A DNA stretch of 64,000 bases from Eledone cirrhosa (GCA_964016885.1 OZ024754.1:29450001-29514000), one strand, 5' to 3'. Counted from the stretch's first letter, positions 29,647 through 45,460 are shown. The notes: generated from the letters alone by a model not told the origin. A program made the numbers and translations.

Positions 29647-30562
29647 AAGCTCTATAGAGGACTCTGTGTGTGTGCAAGGGTAGGTACTTGATATCCATTA
29701 ATATACCCCGAGAAAAGTTACAAAGCTAATATATCTAACGTATGACTTTCTAAAAATCATTATTTGTTGTGATTTCGTTTTCTTTCAAATATTCTGTATT
29801 ATGAAAACATCAAAGTTCCACTTATATAATCCGTTTTGTCTTACTCAACAAACCAAATCCCGTGTATAATCGACTTATTTCCTCAAACAATTATGCCATT
29901 GTTATATATTTATCAAATTGCTAGCTCTTTTCATTTCTGTCCTTCAAACGTTTGCTAAACGCAAGATATTCAAAGCCATGCCAGACAAAAGAGACGTAAA
30001 CGGATGGTCATTGGACCGTATTTCATTCATAACAGAAATTTTAATAAATATATTCATTGCTTGACATTTCCTATATAGAAATACTAGTGCGGTGGCGGTA
30101 CTGGCAATTAGTGAAATAGCATTTGTATAGGTGTGAATGCAGGATGGTTACGACTGCTACGTTTCTTTGTTGGTGTAATTCAGTAAAATGGGTAAAGTCC
30201 GGAAATGAATATGCTTTTGAAATCTCTTCATACCGTACGTTTGCATCTGTAAAACATTGTCAGTTCTACATTCATAGATATGCTGCATATATATGATATT
30301 AAAATCAAATCCTATTGAATAATTGTGGTTCCTTTTTCAAGAACAATCTTAAGTTAATGGTGATAGAATGGAATGTATAGCATTTAGGTGAATCTTTTGT
30401 AATGTTCTCAATTCAATCTATTTAATATCAGCAATCGAAATAACACAAGCAGTAACATTGATATATTTAATCAACTTATGATTAATTTATAATCACAGTC
30501 AGTGCGGTAGAGGTCGTTACCAGAGTAAATTCACCGAGTAAGAGATAAATATATTATTGCAT

Positions 30563-30672
30563 GTCATATATGAGAGGACTGAGACCCTTATCATTATAAC
30601 ACCCAAGAAGCAGTTGTGATACGTCATATATGAGAGGGCTGAGCCCTTCATCATTATAACACCCAGGAAAAG
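30563..30672. repeat. 60 bp tandem duplication
   Basis: gtcatatatgagagg.ctgag.cc.t..tcattataacaccca at 30563 and 30623. Confidence 0.8.
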
Positions 30673-31245
30673 GCAAAAAGGGAGATTATAGAAAGACAAA
30701 CCGAGGGGCGTGGGGTCTATATTATGAGAGTTTTAAAAAGTCCCCGCGTGCTTTGAATATCAATTCAAAGCATATATCTGTGTATTTGTGGGTAGACATA
30801 GACATATATATAATATATATACATATATATATATGTGTGTGTGTTGGTATGTATACATACATAGATATATTGCTTTTTTACTAAAAAGAAAGAAGGATGT
30901 TTGAACATTTTAAGAATATAATTAAAATATATAATACAATAAATATCCCTGAAAGACTTATTAAAAATAGGAAAATTGAAAAATCGGATTGAATTTCAAA
31001 TGAAAATATTTCAAATAAGATTCATCGATTATCATTAAAAAAAAACAATATAACAAACTATATTGAAAAAAGCTGTATACTTTTGTGTTCAATTCTCCAA
31101 TCTCTTTTATAGACATAAAATCATTATTGATGACTTTATTTGTGTTTAGAGATTAAGTCATCATTCCTTCAGGGATCAAATATTTAATATAATACACACA
31201 CAGACACGTATACAAACATAGTATGGGGTGTAAATATATGGATAG

Positions 31246-31937
<692 letters not shown>

Positions 31938-33053
31938 CTGTGTTGTGTCGGTGTATGTAACATAATGTATACATAGGGAATTTTGGATATAATTTTATTG
32001 ATTCTCGGTTCAAAATCTACTAACGACTATTAACAATATATTTCTTTCTATAATACCTTCTTTAGAATATTTTTAATGTTCTTCATATTTCAGCTTATTC
32101 ACGTAACAGATTTTATTTCTATACAATTCCGTAACTCCTTGAACTTATCAGCTGTAATGTAACTATATATCTTTCTCTATTGAATATTTCCGCAATGACG
32201 ACTTATCAACTGTCCTTCATATATTTATATACCGTTATATTGAATTATTTTAAAATTACACAACAAAGAGATAAACACTACTGAATATGGTATGTATGTG
32301 TGTCTGTGTGCACGTATGAATATATATATTTATATATTTTTTCATATATTTTTTATATATCTATTTTTATTTTTATTTACATTTATTCAAGTATTAACGT
32401 TTATTCATTTATTTGTACCTCTATTCTTCTTTCTATCCTACGTTATTTTTACTTATGTTTGTCTCTCCTCTATCTACCATCATCTTCTATATATCTTCCT
32501 CTCTTTATATTTCTATCTATAATAATTTCTCCTTTTCTTCTTCCTCTTTTTCTGTTTATTTTTCCTTCTTCTTCTTTCTCCTTCTTCTCCTGCTTTCTGT
32601 ACTGTATTTATCTCCCTTTCTTCCTCCTTTTCTCTCTATATCTTTATTATTAATATTATTATTGATGATGTAATTTGAATTTGTAAATTTGCAAATTTGC
32701 CGGTTACATATATATTTTTTCAACAGTTTCCGAAGATCTAATAGAGTTAACATCGTATTTGAAATTGAGTTTCACTGCTTTTAGTGTTCAGCAATTTTTA
32801 GACAACTCTATCAGTGAAACAATTGTTAGACTGCAAATAAATCCCCTTTTTTGTACTGTGGCCCATGTTATTCTCCACCTTTTCAATTTTATTACTCCAA
32901 GATAAACTTACATATGAATAATACAAGTGAAATCATAAACTCGTCATCTACGTAAACCTCTTGTTGAGTCAAGCACGCCGTACGCTAAAACAATCCATAA
33001 TAATAAGTATTCACAACCTCTAATTGGATTACCTATAACGATATTTTGTTATC

Positions 33054-34158
<1,105 letters not shown>

Positions 34159-34161
34159 TAC

Positions 34162-34212
<51 letters not shown>

Positions 34213-34447
34213 CACATATATATATAATATATATGTATATGTATATATACGTATATATATATATATATATATATATACATAAGTAGAAGTGGTATTTAAT
34301 TTGTTGGAAGTCCGACAAATATAAAGGTTTATAACTGATTTAGAGCACTCAACAAGTTACTGGAGTAAATATTCATTATCCAGTGAATTTCCAACCGATA
34401 AGGTATGATTTTCATGGGTTTGTCTCTATTTATAAAACAAACTTTGT

Positions 34448-34510
34448 ATTTTATCTGATGAAAGCGTACCAATGTTGTCTTGGTTGCCCTTGAAATATAT
34501 ATAATAAAAT
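34448..34510 (+). ncRNA. minimal type I hammerhead ribozyme
   Basis: ATTTTAT-CTGATGA-AAG..ACCAA/TTGGT..CTT-GAA-ATATATAT-A-ATAAAAT; 7 bp stem I; within the TA-flanked element 34281-34550. Confidence 0.8.
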
Positions 34511-34599
34511 AAATATGGTTTTATAAATATAGTTTCCATTTATTTAATATCATTGTATATATATACATATATATTTATATATATATACATATATATTTG

Positions 34600-34657
<58 letters not shown>

Positions 34658-34663
34658 TATTTG

Positions 34664-34735
<72 letters not shown>

Positions 34736-34763
34736 TATTTATATATATATACATATATATTTG

Positions 34764-34851
<88 letters not shown>

Positions 34852-34886
34852 CACACACACACACACACATACACACATATATATAT

Positions 34887-35007
<121 letters not shown>

Positions 35008-35229
35008 ACATTTATAGTGATTCTATAATGCTTTAAAAAGCCTCAGTATAACACCAATATCACAATATAATAACGTTTACGAAGTGCTCCTTCAAATCAG
35101 AAAAAGGCTGTTTTTCAGTAACTCTATTGCTTTGTTCGCAAAATACTAGAAGAGATTGTATGTAAAGTAATATTTTGGCTTACACCCCACCCACCCTCAC
35201 ACACACATACACACACGCACACGCACATA

Positions 35230-35275
<46 letters not shown>

Positions 35276-35303
35276 TATGTGCGTGTGCGTGTGTGTGTGT
35301 GTG

Positions 35304-35354
<51 letters not shown>

Positions 35355-35465
35355 GTATGTATATACATGCATATATCTCTCTATATATATATAGATATAT
35401 ACAAACATATATGTATATATATATATATACATATATTTTTATAGAGTGAGAGAGAATATGTAAGA

Positions 35466-35544
<79 letters not shown>

Positions 35545-35969
35545 TGAGAGATATTGATACTTGAAATAACAAACAAGAAATAACGTCGTCTTTTTGTCTG
35601 TTACAGCTGAAATAGAGATTCATGAAAATATATCAACAGATCAAAGAAATACCAAATCATTAATATTTAATGTTTGTCTTTGACTGAGTAGCAAAGCGTT
35701 ATTTTGGGTTCTTTTTCATTGAAGTAGTACAGAGAATTAGAGAGAAGTACTGCTGTACATTCTTTTCATGGAAACTTGAACGAAATAACTTATATTCTAT
35801 GATGACTTCATCAATTAATACACACACGCACAAACATATATATATATATATACATATTTATATATATATAAAAGAGTAAAATGTATATCATATATTCATC
35901 AAATTCGCTAAACAAAGCCTGATTTGTGAATCCCTATTTATATACATATATATATGTATGTGTGTATAT

Positions 35970-36591
35970 AATAAATGTAATCTGAGTTTTCCGAATATTA
36001 ATAATAACATTCGAATCGTTTCCAATTATGCAAACAAGCTTCAATTTTATAGCCATGTCAGTAGAATGAACCCTTCATTCTTGCTCTTGTGTTGTCATGC
36101 GAACAGAACTGCAGACACTAATGTTTCTGGGTATCATCCTTCATCAGTACAGTTCACTGTTCACCTGCCAAACTGTCAGAGCTAGTGAAAATATATGCTA
36201 ATTTCAAAAATACACAGTGACTGATCGGCCTGATTTGCATATTAGCAGACTGGCTGATCAGTCAGATCTGCATATTAGCAGATCCACTTATCAGCCAGAT
36301 TTGCATATCAGCAGACTGGCCAGTCACTTTCCTGTATACAAGCGATAATTGGTCGGCTTTGCCAAATTCAAATAAAAAAAAAATTTTTCGCTCGAAAATT
36401 TGGCAGGTGGACAGTGAGCTGTACTAAGGAACCCCAGAAACATTAGTGTCTGCAGTTCTGTTCACATGCCAAAACAAGAGTAAGAATGAAGTGTTCATTC
36501 TACTGACATGGCTATAAAATTGAGACTTGTTTGCATAATTGTAAACAAATCGAATATTATTAATATTCGAAAAACTCAGATTACATTTATT
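35970..36591. mobile_element. foldback element with diverged ~200 bp inverted arms
   Basis: aataaatgtaatctgagtttt...cctgccaaa vs tttggcagg...aaaactcagattacatttatt; the spacer has three ~33 bp repeats with gat(t/c)tgcatat(t/c)agcaga. Confidence 0.85.
36106..36155 (-). ncRNA. type I hammerhead ribozyme, GUC cleavage triplet
   Basis: GAACTGTA-CTGATGA-AGGATGATACCCA-GAA-ACA-TTAG-TGT-C-TGCAGTTC; the mirror arm at ~36416 has a deleted core. Confidence 0.8.
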
Positions 36592-36718
36592 GTATTCAGC
36601 CATGTAGAGCGAAATTTTCTTTTATATATATATATATATATATTAGAAAGTGAGGTTCTTTTACAAAATGAAAAATAACCGAGGTCTCCTACACGAGTGA
36701 AAGTATAAAGAAAAAAAG

Positions 36719-36903
36719 ATGAAATCGAAAATGCAACTGGAGTCTTATTTTAAAAAAATATATATATATTTATTTGGTTCCTTTACCGGTTTCGCAGTTC
36801 TTCTGCTTTTCAAAAGTAGAAGAACTGCGAAACTGGTAAAGGAACCAAATAAATATATATATATATTTTTTAAATAAGACTCCAGTTGCATTTTCGATTT
36901 CAT
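36719..36903. repeat. near-perfect palindrome centred in a U3-A8 hammerhead core
   Basis: Minus strand 36781-36816 reads CTT-TTGAAAA-GCAG-AAGAA-CTGC-GAA-ACCGGT-A-AAG. Confidence 0.8.
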
Positions 36904-36917
36904 ATATATATATATAT

Positions 36918-37064
36918 AAGAGATTATTGAAGTTTGCTTGAAGCATTGTGGAACAATAAGTAAATATCTTTAGGTCGTTTGGAAGCCTCGACAATGCAAA
37001 TGGGTAAATCTCCGGAGATTTACCCATTTGCATTGTCGAGGCTTCCAAACGACCTAAAGATATT

Positions 37065-37067
<3 letters not shown>
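36918..37067. mobile_element. TA-flanked foldback element (108 bp perfect palindrome plus ~40 bp tail)
   Basis: 36960-37067 palindrome centred cc|gg; same family as 58317-58575. Confidence 0.85.
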
Positions 37068-37152
<85 letters not shown>

Positions 37153-37159
<7 letters not shown>

Positions 37160-37381
37160 GGATATATGAGAAGGATGAACACAGATACAAGTATAAATGT
37201 GTTCCAATTGCAAATGACCAAGTTAGCTAGGCTGAAAAATAGTAATTTAAAACAATATGGTTTGCCTGACTCGAATTAAGATAATAAATCAATAAAAATA
37301 ACAAACCTATATCGGGTAATTGGAATTGGAACACATGTATAGTTATATCTGTGTTCATCACTCTCATATATCCAATTATAT
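37153..37381. mobile_element. short foldback/MITE-like element with ~55 bp imperfect inverted arms
   Basis: tataattggatatatgag..gatgaacacagata / tatctgtgttcatc..ctcatatatccaattata. Confidence 0.7.
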
Positions 37382-37395
37382 TATATTATACGGCT

Positions 37396-37583
37396 CGGTG
37401 GATTGGCAGTATCGGTAGAGAGTCGGACACCATGCTTTGAAGCATAGAGTTACGCCCCTTTATGATCTGAGTTCAATTCCCGCCGAGGTTAACTTTGCCT
37501 TTGATCCTTACGGGGTCGATAAAATAAAATAATACTAATGCACTGGGTAATTGCTGGCCTTGTGCCAAAAGTAGAAACAATTA
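37396..37583 (+). mobile_element. OK-like SINE with apparent target-site duplication
   Basis: Full copy; attatattacacggctcgg occurs on both sides (one mismatch). Confidence 0.9.
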
Positions 37584-37662
37584 TATTACACGGCTCGGAA
37601 AGATTCCCTTCTTTGAGCGATTTAATTGTAAAAGATTATTTTGAGCTTTTAACTCAATCTAT

Positions 37663-37710
<48 letters not shown>

Positions 37711-38007
37711 TATATATATATATGTGTATATATATATGTATCTATATATAATGTTTAATATAGAAATGACTTCTACAGGACTAGAAATGTTTCCTTCGAA
37801 TGAAACAATTCTAGTCCTGTACAAGTCATTTCTATATTAAACATTATATATACTCTACTATGTATTGAGTAGCTTACTTACTGTTGTTACCCCCGATTGA
37901 ACCCGGGATACACACACACACAAATATATATATGTGTTTGAATGTGTGTATGTGTGTTTATGTGCGCATGTGTGTGTGTGTGTATCTGTGTGTGTGTGTG
38001 TGTGTGT

Positions 38008-38044
<37 letters not shown>

Positions 38045-38546
38045 TAGTGCATGTATATAATTACTTTGTATGTTTTCCTAATCTCATTCTAGAATTAAAT
38101 TTGTAATGGAAGCGTTACTAAATTTGTAATTCTGAGACATTTCAAATGAAATATGTTTTCATATTCTGTTGATCATATCGTTATCACCGGCGTCTCTTTG
38201 TTTATGTTCCTTGTCTAGAAACCTGTTCTTATAAACTATCTGTCTGAAGTCTTTATAATTAGTTTTTATATTGTTTTTTTTACTCATCTTTTAAACGAAT
38301 GACTAATGTTTGCTATGATTTAGGAATTTATTTTGAATCTGTTTATTTGACTGGAATTTTGTATTTATTTCTATTTTACTTCCACTTCCACCTCGATAGT
38401 TATTCTTATAGAGTTATACTAACACGTCTATAGATAAAGGTAAAACAAAGACAAAACCACTAGAAAGAACTATAATGAGAGTTTGCATATCCTTTTGGAA
38501 AAGTAGTTCTCTAATTTCCAAATTTACACATATTCGGAACACTAAC

Positions 38547-38738
38547 TAATGACGCAAGTGGGACTGCAACATTGATTGTGTCCCTTGTTTGAATCAAAGG
38601 AGATTTGGCTGCTATTTCCTGTAGATCAAGTAAAGCATCTCTAATCAGCCCGTGTATGTCGAATCGATGAACATAATCCCCAATAAAATATATGCCAATC
38701 ACCGAAGACCGTTCACCTGGTTTTCTATTTAGTTTATT
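38547..38738 (-). CDS. possible host-gene exon, product unknown
   Basis: 192 nt open frame NKLNRKPGERSSVIGIYFIGDYVHRFDIHGLIRDALLDLQEIAAKSPLIQTRDTINVAVPLASL, bounded by tag| and |gttagt, phase 0-0; no recognisable homology. Confidence 0.3.
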
Positions 38739-38807
38739 CTAGATATTTCAAAAATATGCTTTGTCGGTCATCTTTGAAAAATTGAATATATTCGCTAGAA
38801 CCAAATA

Positions 38808-38985
38808 ATGATGATGGTGATGATGATGAGAAGGAGGGGGAGGAGTGGAAGAGGAGGAAAAAGATGATGATGATGAGGAGGAGGAGGAGGAGAAGCAGAA
38901 TAATGAGGATGATGATGATGATTATTATGAGGAAGAGGAGGGGGAGGACGGCGACGACGAAGATGACGATTATGATGATGATGTT
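38808..38985. repeat. (GAT)/(GAG) trinucleotide low-complexity tract
   Basis: Read directly from the sequence. Confidence 0.85.
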
Positions 38986-39893
38986 AATCTGAAGCTTATG
39001 GAATGATTTTTTTTTTATAAAACTGTACCCATCACTAAGAAGATCAACTGAATTACTGACCTCCTTAAGTAGATTCTTTCTTTGCAGGATTAAGATTCTA
39101 TTGACCTAATTCTTTATTTTTAAATATTCTATTTTAACGAATAGAATAATTTCCCATAATGTTTACTTCTTAACCTAATTTTCAAAACCGTTATCGTGTT
39201 ATTTCTACTAATTCTGAAAAATATATTTGTTTGATTTCCGATTTACTTAATCTCAAAATTTTACTTCAGAAGCTAAATCATAAATATATTAAATGGACTG
39301 TAAAGATTTTCAAATAAACAATGAATAGTCTTAGATAAGGAATGCCATAGTCTTTCTATATTGGATGAATGCATCACAAAGCCTTATCAAATAATTCAAT
39401 AGAATTCACACCGTAGACAACAGCAAAAAACTTTTAGGATTATTAAATTCTCTACCGACATCTCACAGCAATTGAAACAATGCCACAGTCTATCAAACTT
39501 CAGAACAATGCTACAGCCAGTGTTATAAAATAACCGCAGGGTACCGTCCAACAGACCTTAAATCTGTGTTATCACTGTAGTATGAAAGACGCTATAAAAC
39601 AACCACACGACACGGTTTATCAGAACTCGCAACACTGTTACTATTGTAATATAAAAGATGCCGTCTTTTACGGAGGTATATGGATTCATAACTGTTGCAC
39701 GGCTTTTAGAAACACAACGCAAATACCAACACGCTTCGAAAGAGCTGTTTGTGCATAGAGGAACAAATTCACAGAGACTTTCCAAAGAGCCATCTTGTCT
39801 GACAAGTTTCAAGCTTTCTTTGTCCGTCCGTTAGCACAAACACCCCTAGTTTCTGTCACTGCCAGATGTACAGTGATTGCCCCTTTGGAAACT

Positions 39894-40120
39894 TACGAGG
39901 GTCGGTTGAAAGATTCATAGGCTGACCAATACACTCTCAAGGAATGTGACTAAATGAGGTTTAATTTTCAATATAGTACCCCTTGCGGTCCACACACTTC
40001 TTCCCTCAGTGTTTACAGTGCTTGGATCCCATTGGTGTAGAAACTTTAATCCTGTTGCTCAAAAAGTCCTCAAAAGCAGATATGACGTCATCATCACTGG
40101 TACTGTTCGGTAGCCAACCA
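39894..40120 (+). mobile_element. mariner-type element, left-end fragment
   Basis: TA-CGAGGGTCGGTTGAAAG.TTCATAGGCTGACC, as at 60735. Confidence 0.6.
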
Positions 40121-40583
40121 ATACACTGCAGATTTCATCTGGTTGCGATGTAAGATAAATTACTCCGTCCAGTAATTTTGCTAATGCTTATATTTCCATT
40201 TTCTACTACGATTTGTAATTCACAACTTTTAAACAAACATAAATTCTATTAAATTCAAGATTAATTAGAATCGATAATCTAATTGTCCAAGTTTATTGCA
40301 AATATTAGTTTAATCCACACAACTTGCAAAATATTACATTAAAATATTAATACATACATACACATGCAAATACACACACACAAACACACGCATACACACA
40401 TACACACACATACTCACTCTCTCTCTCACACACACGCATATATATATATGTGTGTGTGTGTATATGTGTGTGTATGTGTATGAGTGTGTGTGTGTATGTG
40501 TGTGTAGTGATTCAGTAGTTTTGTGGTTTACTAAATAAGCTACCAATATCAGCACTCAGTGCTATAGCAGAGTGTATAGATTA

Positions 40584-40938
40584 AGAAGAAGAAAACGAGG
40601 TTTCACATTGAGGTTTTTATTGATTAAGCTCAGTTACAAACGTTTCACAGATAGGTGGCGCAGAATCCATGTTACTGTTATTCACTACAGCCTCAATCTT
40701 CTCATCAGAATTATTAATCAAGCAAAAGGAGAATCTTATCAGAGGTCTTAGATTTGCTTGATTAAGAAGTCTGATGTGATTCTGGTTTTGCTGCTTGATT
40801 AACAAGTCTGATAAGCTGATCGGGGCTGGAGTTGAGTCTATAACATAATAAGGATGTTGAGTCAACTATCTGTGAAACGTTCATAACTAGGTTTAATCAA
40901 TAAAAACTTCAATCTGGAACCTGGTTTTGTTCTTCTTT
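40584..40938. mobile_element. old foldback element with a degenerate hammerhead
   Basis: Inverted arms gtttttattgattaa..aaacgtttcacagatag / ctatctgtgaaacg..ttaatcaataaaaac; minus strand 40632-40712 reads CTGATGA...GAAA-CGTTTG-TA-ACT. Confidence 0.6.
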
Positions 40939-40956
40939 ATATATATATATATATAT

Positions 40957-41340
40957 ATAATAACTAGAGATTGATTAACATATAAAAATACATGAATAAT
41001 CACAGGAGATAATTTAAGCTTGCGTGTAACCGCGCATAGCTAGTTTAGGCAATATTTACCTTTAAGAGTGATTAACTTTCCTTGTATATATCCCATTAAA
41101 GAAATATATTTCACCAATTAATCAGATGGTAAGTCACGGAAAGTGGATATTATTAGATTGTCAACAAGGAAATAGATAATTATCCAGCTATTCGAGCTTA
41201 CAGAGCGAGATCAAATCTTCAACTATCCGTTACCACGTGTTGCGTCCACACAAGATAGCGGTTTCGTTTCAGTGGCGTGAAAAGGTATTCGACAACTAGA
41301 AATAGCAGTCATTTAATTCATTTATCTTAATTTTTGACTT
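40957..41340 (-). mobile_element. diverged, permuted copy of the 567 bp tandem unit, TA-flanked
   Basis: Reverse-complement similarity that runs across the unit junction of the 28199-29615 array. Confidence 0.7.
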
Positions 41341-41369
<29 letters not shown>

Positions 41370-41374
<5 letters not shown>

Positions 41375-42005
41375 AGATAAGCAGAACAAGTAAAATTCAA
41401 CCAATTTTTCAAAATAAATCAAAATTAATTTACAATTAAAATTAATCAAAATTAAAAAATATAATATAAATATTTACCTATTCAAATGGCCCTTACTGTA
41501 CAGTTTCATGTTGCAAAACATTAGATATCACATGGATATTAATGGAAAAGCAAAGATCATCGGAGAAGCATTTTCCTTTCCTAGGGTTAAAAACCCCAGG
41601 AACGATAAAATATATGACCTCACTCCAACTAATACAGGTCTAAAAGGCCGTGAAAGTGACCCATAAGTACGTTGGTGTATAGTGAAGGCGGGAAATCGTA
41701 GACTTGTTGTCTATGTTGGCTACCAAAAAAAATTTTTAGCAGCTAGATAGAACGACAGAATTTTTTCTCTACATAATTGGAGAATAATGGAAAGGAAAGG
41801 AAAATGCTTCTCTGATGATCTTTTCTTTTCCATTAATATCTATGTGATATCTAATGTTTTGCAATGAGAAACTGTACAGTAAGGGCCATTTGAATAGGTA
41901 AATATTTATATTATATTTTTTAATTTTGATTAATTTTAATTGTAAATTAATTTTGATTTATTTTGAAAAATTGGTTGAATTTTACTTGTTCTGCTTATCT
42001 TGATA
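41370..42005. mobile_element. foldback element with ~210 bp arms, each carrying a long-stem-II hammerhead
   Basis: 41370-41581 vs ~41794-42005. Plus strand 41806-41886 reads GCTTCT-CTGATGA-...CATTA.ATATC/GATAT.TAATG...-GAA-ACTGTACAGT-A-AGGGC. Confidence 0.8.
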
Positions 42006-42242
42006 TTAAGTTCTGGTATATCAAATTATTACCATAGAACCACGTTAAATCATAGACACCCTATGCATTTCTGGGAGTACATTGTACCCTCAGATATATT
42101 AACCTTATATATATATATATATATGACATATGATTATGTATAAGATTGATTTAATTGTCATCTATATATATAGATCTATAAATATAATTATGGATTTTCT
42201 TAGATATATACATATATGTATTGTAATAACATAAGTGGCACG

Positions 42243-42680
42243 CTGAGGTTAACTTTGCCTTTCATCCTTATGGGGTCGATAAAATAAAGTAGCAGTAATA
42301 CACTGGGTAATTGCTGGCCTTGTGCCAAAAGTAGAAACAATTATTTATATTCTCAGTAGGGCGGTGGATTGGCAGTATCAGTAGAGGGTCGGACGCCATG
42401 CTTTCCAGCATAGTTACGTCCCTTTACGATCTGAGTTCAAATCCCGCCGGGGTTGACTTTGCCTTTCATCCTTATGGGGTCGATAAAATAAAGTACCAGT
42501 AATGCACTGGGTAATTGCTGGCCTTGTGCCTAAAGTAGAAACAATTATTTATATTCTGAGTTCAAATCCCACCGAGGTTAACTTTGCCTTTCATCCTTAC
42601 GGGGTAGATAAAATAAAGTACCAGTAATGCACTGGGATAATTGCTGGCCTTGTGCCAAAAGTAGAAAAAAAAATTATTTA
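42243..42680 (+). mobile_element. three tandem OK-like SINE copies (partial, full, partial)
   Basis: Repeated core and tail. Confidence 0.9.
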
Positions 42681-43196
42681 TATTCCTTGACATAATATGC
42701 TTACATTATAGGCCCCTATAATAAATTCTTAAAATAATATAACTTTTATTATAATTAATCTGAGTTCCTCCCCTTTGTTTGTTTATTTACTTATGTAAAT
42801 GCAACCCTAAATATATATAACATATACCTTTATATATTCGTAACATTAGAACATAACATATATATATCGATCTATATACATATATATAAGCGTATGTATA
42901 TATTTGTGTATGTATATCTGTATATATATATATGTATATCGCCCTTTAATAAAATATAACCATCTAACGGTTTTTTTCTCTGACCAATCTAATTGCACTA
43001 TTTTAAAAAACATTTCAAGAGTTTATTTTAACTGTCTTTATTACTTATTTATTACTTATTTATTTGTTTATATTTCCCAATAACTTTACATCCTAGGAAA
43101 TTCTGAGATTTTGAATCACATACCCATTTTGAATTGATCGCAGATCGCATGCTGTCTCTTTTACGAGTATGTCACATTTTATACATCAAATATTGT

Positions 43197-43254
43197 ATTT
43201 TGTCTGAAGGAGGTATACTATAACTTAGTATCCCTGAAATATATATAACGAAAT
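43197..43254 (+). ncRNA. degenerate hammerhead motif (A9 to G)
   Basis: ATTTTGT-CTGAAGG-AGG.ATACTA/TAGTAT.CCT-GAA-ATATATAT-A-ACGAAAT. Confidence 0.55.
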
Positions 43255-44327
43255 AAATTGTGATATATATTCCATTTATTACTATTATATATATATATAT
43301 ATGTTTGAACGCATGTATGTATGTAAGTGTGTGTGTGTATGTGCGCGCGTGCGTATTTCTCTGTCTATGTTTATGATCGACAGAATTAAATCGATTAAAA
43401 CCCCTAAAGACAGCACCCCACCATGATCACATTCTAATGAGTGAAACTAGTAAAGACTAAAAGAAGAAAATAATACATATTTACATAATTAATATGCATA
43501 GATTATCTATGTACCTGAATATATGCACGTAAAATATGCTTATCTATCGCTTATCTTATTAAGTCATTGTATGAATAGCATTGACTTCCGTCTTCATCGT
43601 AATATTTTTGCAAGCGAATTTTCTGGAAACGTTGTTGCAACAGAATATATACCCATGGGAAACTTTCTTCCATTTCTGAAGCTAATAAATTATTCAGAAA
43701 TTATGCTTTAGCACATTCAACATAGTCGACTTTGATTTCTATATTTCTAACTTCAGATCAGCTAGACAGGTGAGAATGACTTTACAATCATTCTATGTGA
43801 AATATTATCACGTTGACTGAAAATTAATCAACACAGCCACCTTATTATAAAGGTTAATCTTACATGTATAATTGAGATGATAATTATACTAAAGCTATAA
43901 ATATACTTTGATATTAGGAGATGATGATACTGATTCTACTAGTGCTGTTGTTGCTGCTGCTGATGATGATGGTGATAATGATAGGTCTTCTGTCAGTTAC
44001 AACGATGAGCCTTCAGTCCTTCCAACATCTGAACGCTCCACTTCTGAAATAACGTGTAATTGGTTGAGAATTCCACAGACACGTGTACACTCAACGTAAT
44101 TCCTGGACAGAATCAAGAGACACACTATATAACAAATGGTTCCGTCTAGGTAGATCCAATGACTATGATAAAACCCCTTTCTCAGGATCTCACCCATTGC
44201 TATCAAACCTGGAACCATTTGATTACAAAACTATAATAAAGCATCCTATATTTTTAACTAACTATATATCGACTTTACCGCGAAACAAAATACTGAGAGA
44301 CAACGAAGCGGCCTCGGTACACTAAAT

Positions 44328-44520
44328 GATAATTGTTTCAACATTTGGCACACGGCCAGCAATTATCCCAGTGTATTACTGGTGCTTTATTTCATCGACC
44401 CCGTAAGGATGAAAGGCAAAAATTAATCCCGGCGGGATTTGAACTCAGACCATAAAGGGCCGTAACTCTTTGCTGCAAAGCATGGCCTCAGACCCTCTAC
44501 CGATGCTGTCAATCCACCAC
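44328..44520 (-). mobile_element. OK-like SINE
   Basis: Reverse-complement match. Confidence 0.85.
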
Positions 44521-44810
44521 CCATAAATGATAATGTAGTTCTACATACACTTTGTCTGTGAAAGAAAAAAGTATAAAGTAAGAAGGTGACTTCACTGAAT
44601 ATGATCATAAGTTTACATCATCACGATTTCCATGAGTTACACGACAATAACAACATATTACGAAGAATTAATTTATGTTTTGTGATGTATGTATGTAGAT
44701 TCGTGTCGCCATCTAAATTAACAATTTTAATGAGGCGTGCTCAATAAAGTTAGCCGTCCTTTACCTATATCTATATCTATTTATATATATGTGTGTGTAC
44801 GTGCGTTTTT

Positions 44811-44855
<45 letters not shown>

Positions 44856-45460
44856 CATGCGTTTCTGTGTGTTTGTCTGTGTGTGTGTGTGTGTGTGCAC
44901 GCGTTTCTGTGTGTTTGTCTGTGTGTGTGTGTATCACTACACTTAAATGTTTGCTATGAAGTAATCGTTTATATAAAACATTAAAACACTTAACTGAAAT
45001 ATTTTAGTCATTCGCTATTAAATTCTCTCTCTCATTGAAAATAATCAAGTAGTAAGATTTGTTTTAATTATGCACTTTTAAAAACTCAATTTTGCGTTGT
45101 TTTATCAAAAAAATAACTTTCAACTGTTAAGTGGTTTATGTTTCACATATAGTGTATAGCTTCATAGAGTATAGTAGAAGAAATATAGGAAGTGTGTATG
45201 TATATATATATAAGTATATATGTATGTAAGTATATATATACATATATCGTTTCTGAATTTGTTTAGCAAGATTCTTTATCTGAAATCGTGTGTTGAAACC
45301 GATATTGTTATACTTTGGGAGGGTCATGTTGCCAATAAGAAACACACGCACCAGTTGCTTTCACTTCAATTTAATTTATTATATATTTATAAATTTACAA
45401 ATTTATAAATTTCTGGTTGGTTGGTTGGTTCCACAACCAGATAGTTGTTTATATATATAT

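Noticed and set aside
43997-44218. Resemblance to ion-channel S2-S3 or cyclic-nucleotide-binding segments
   Set aside because: Too short and ambiguous to name; kept only as an unassigned candidate exon.
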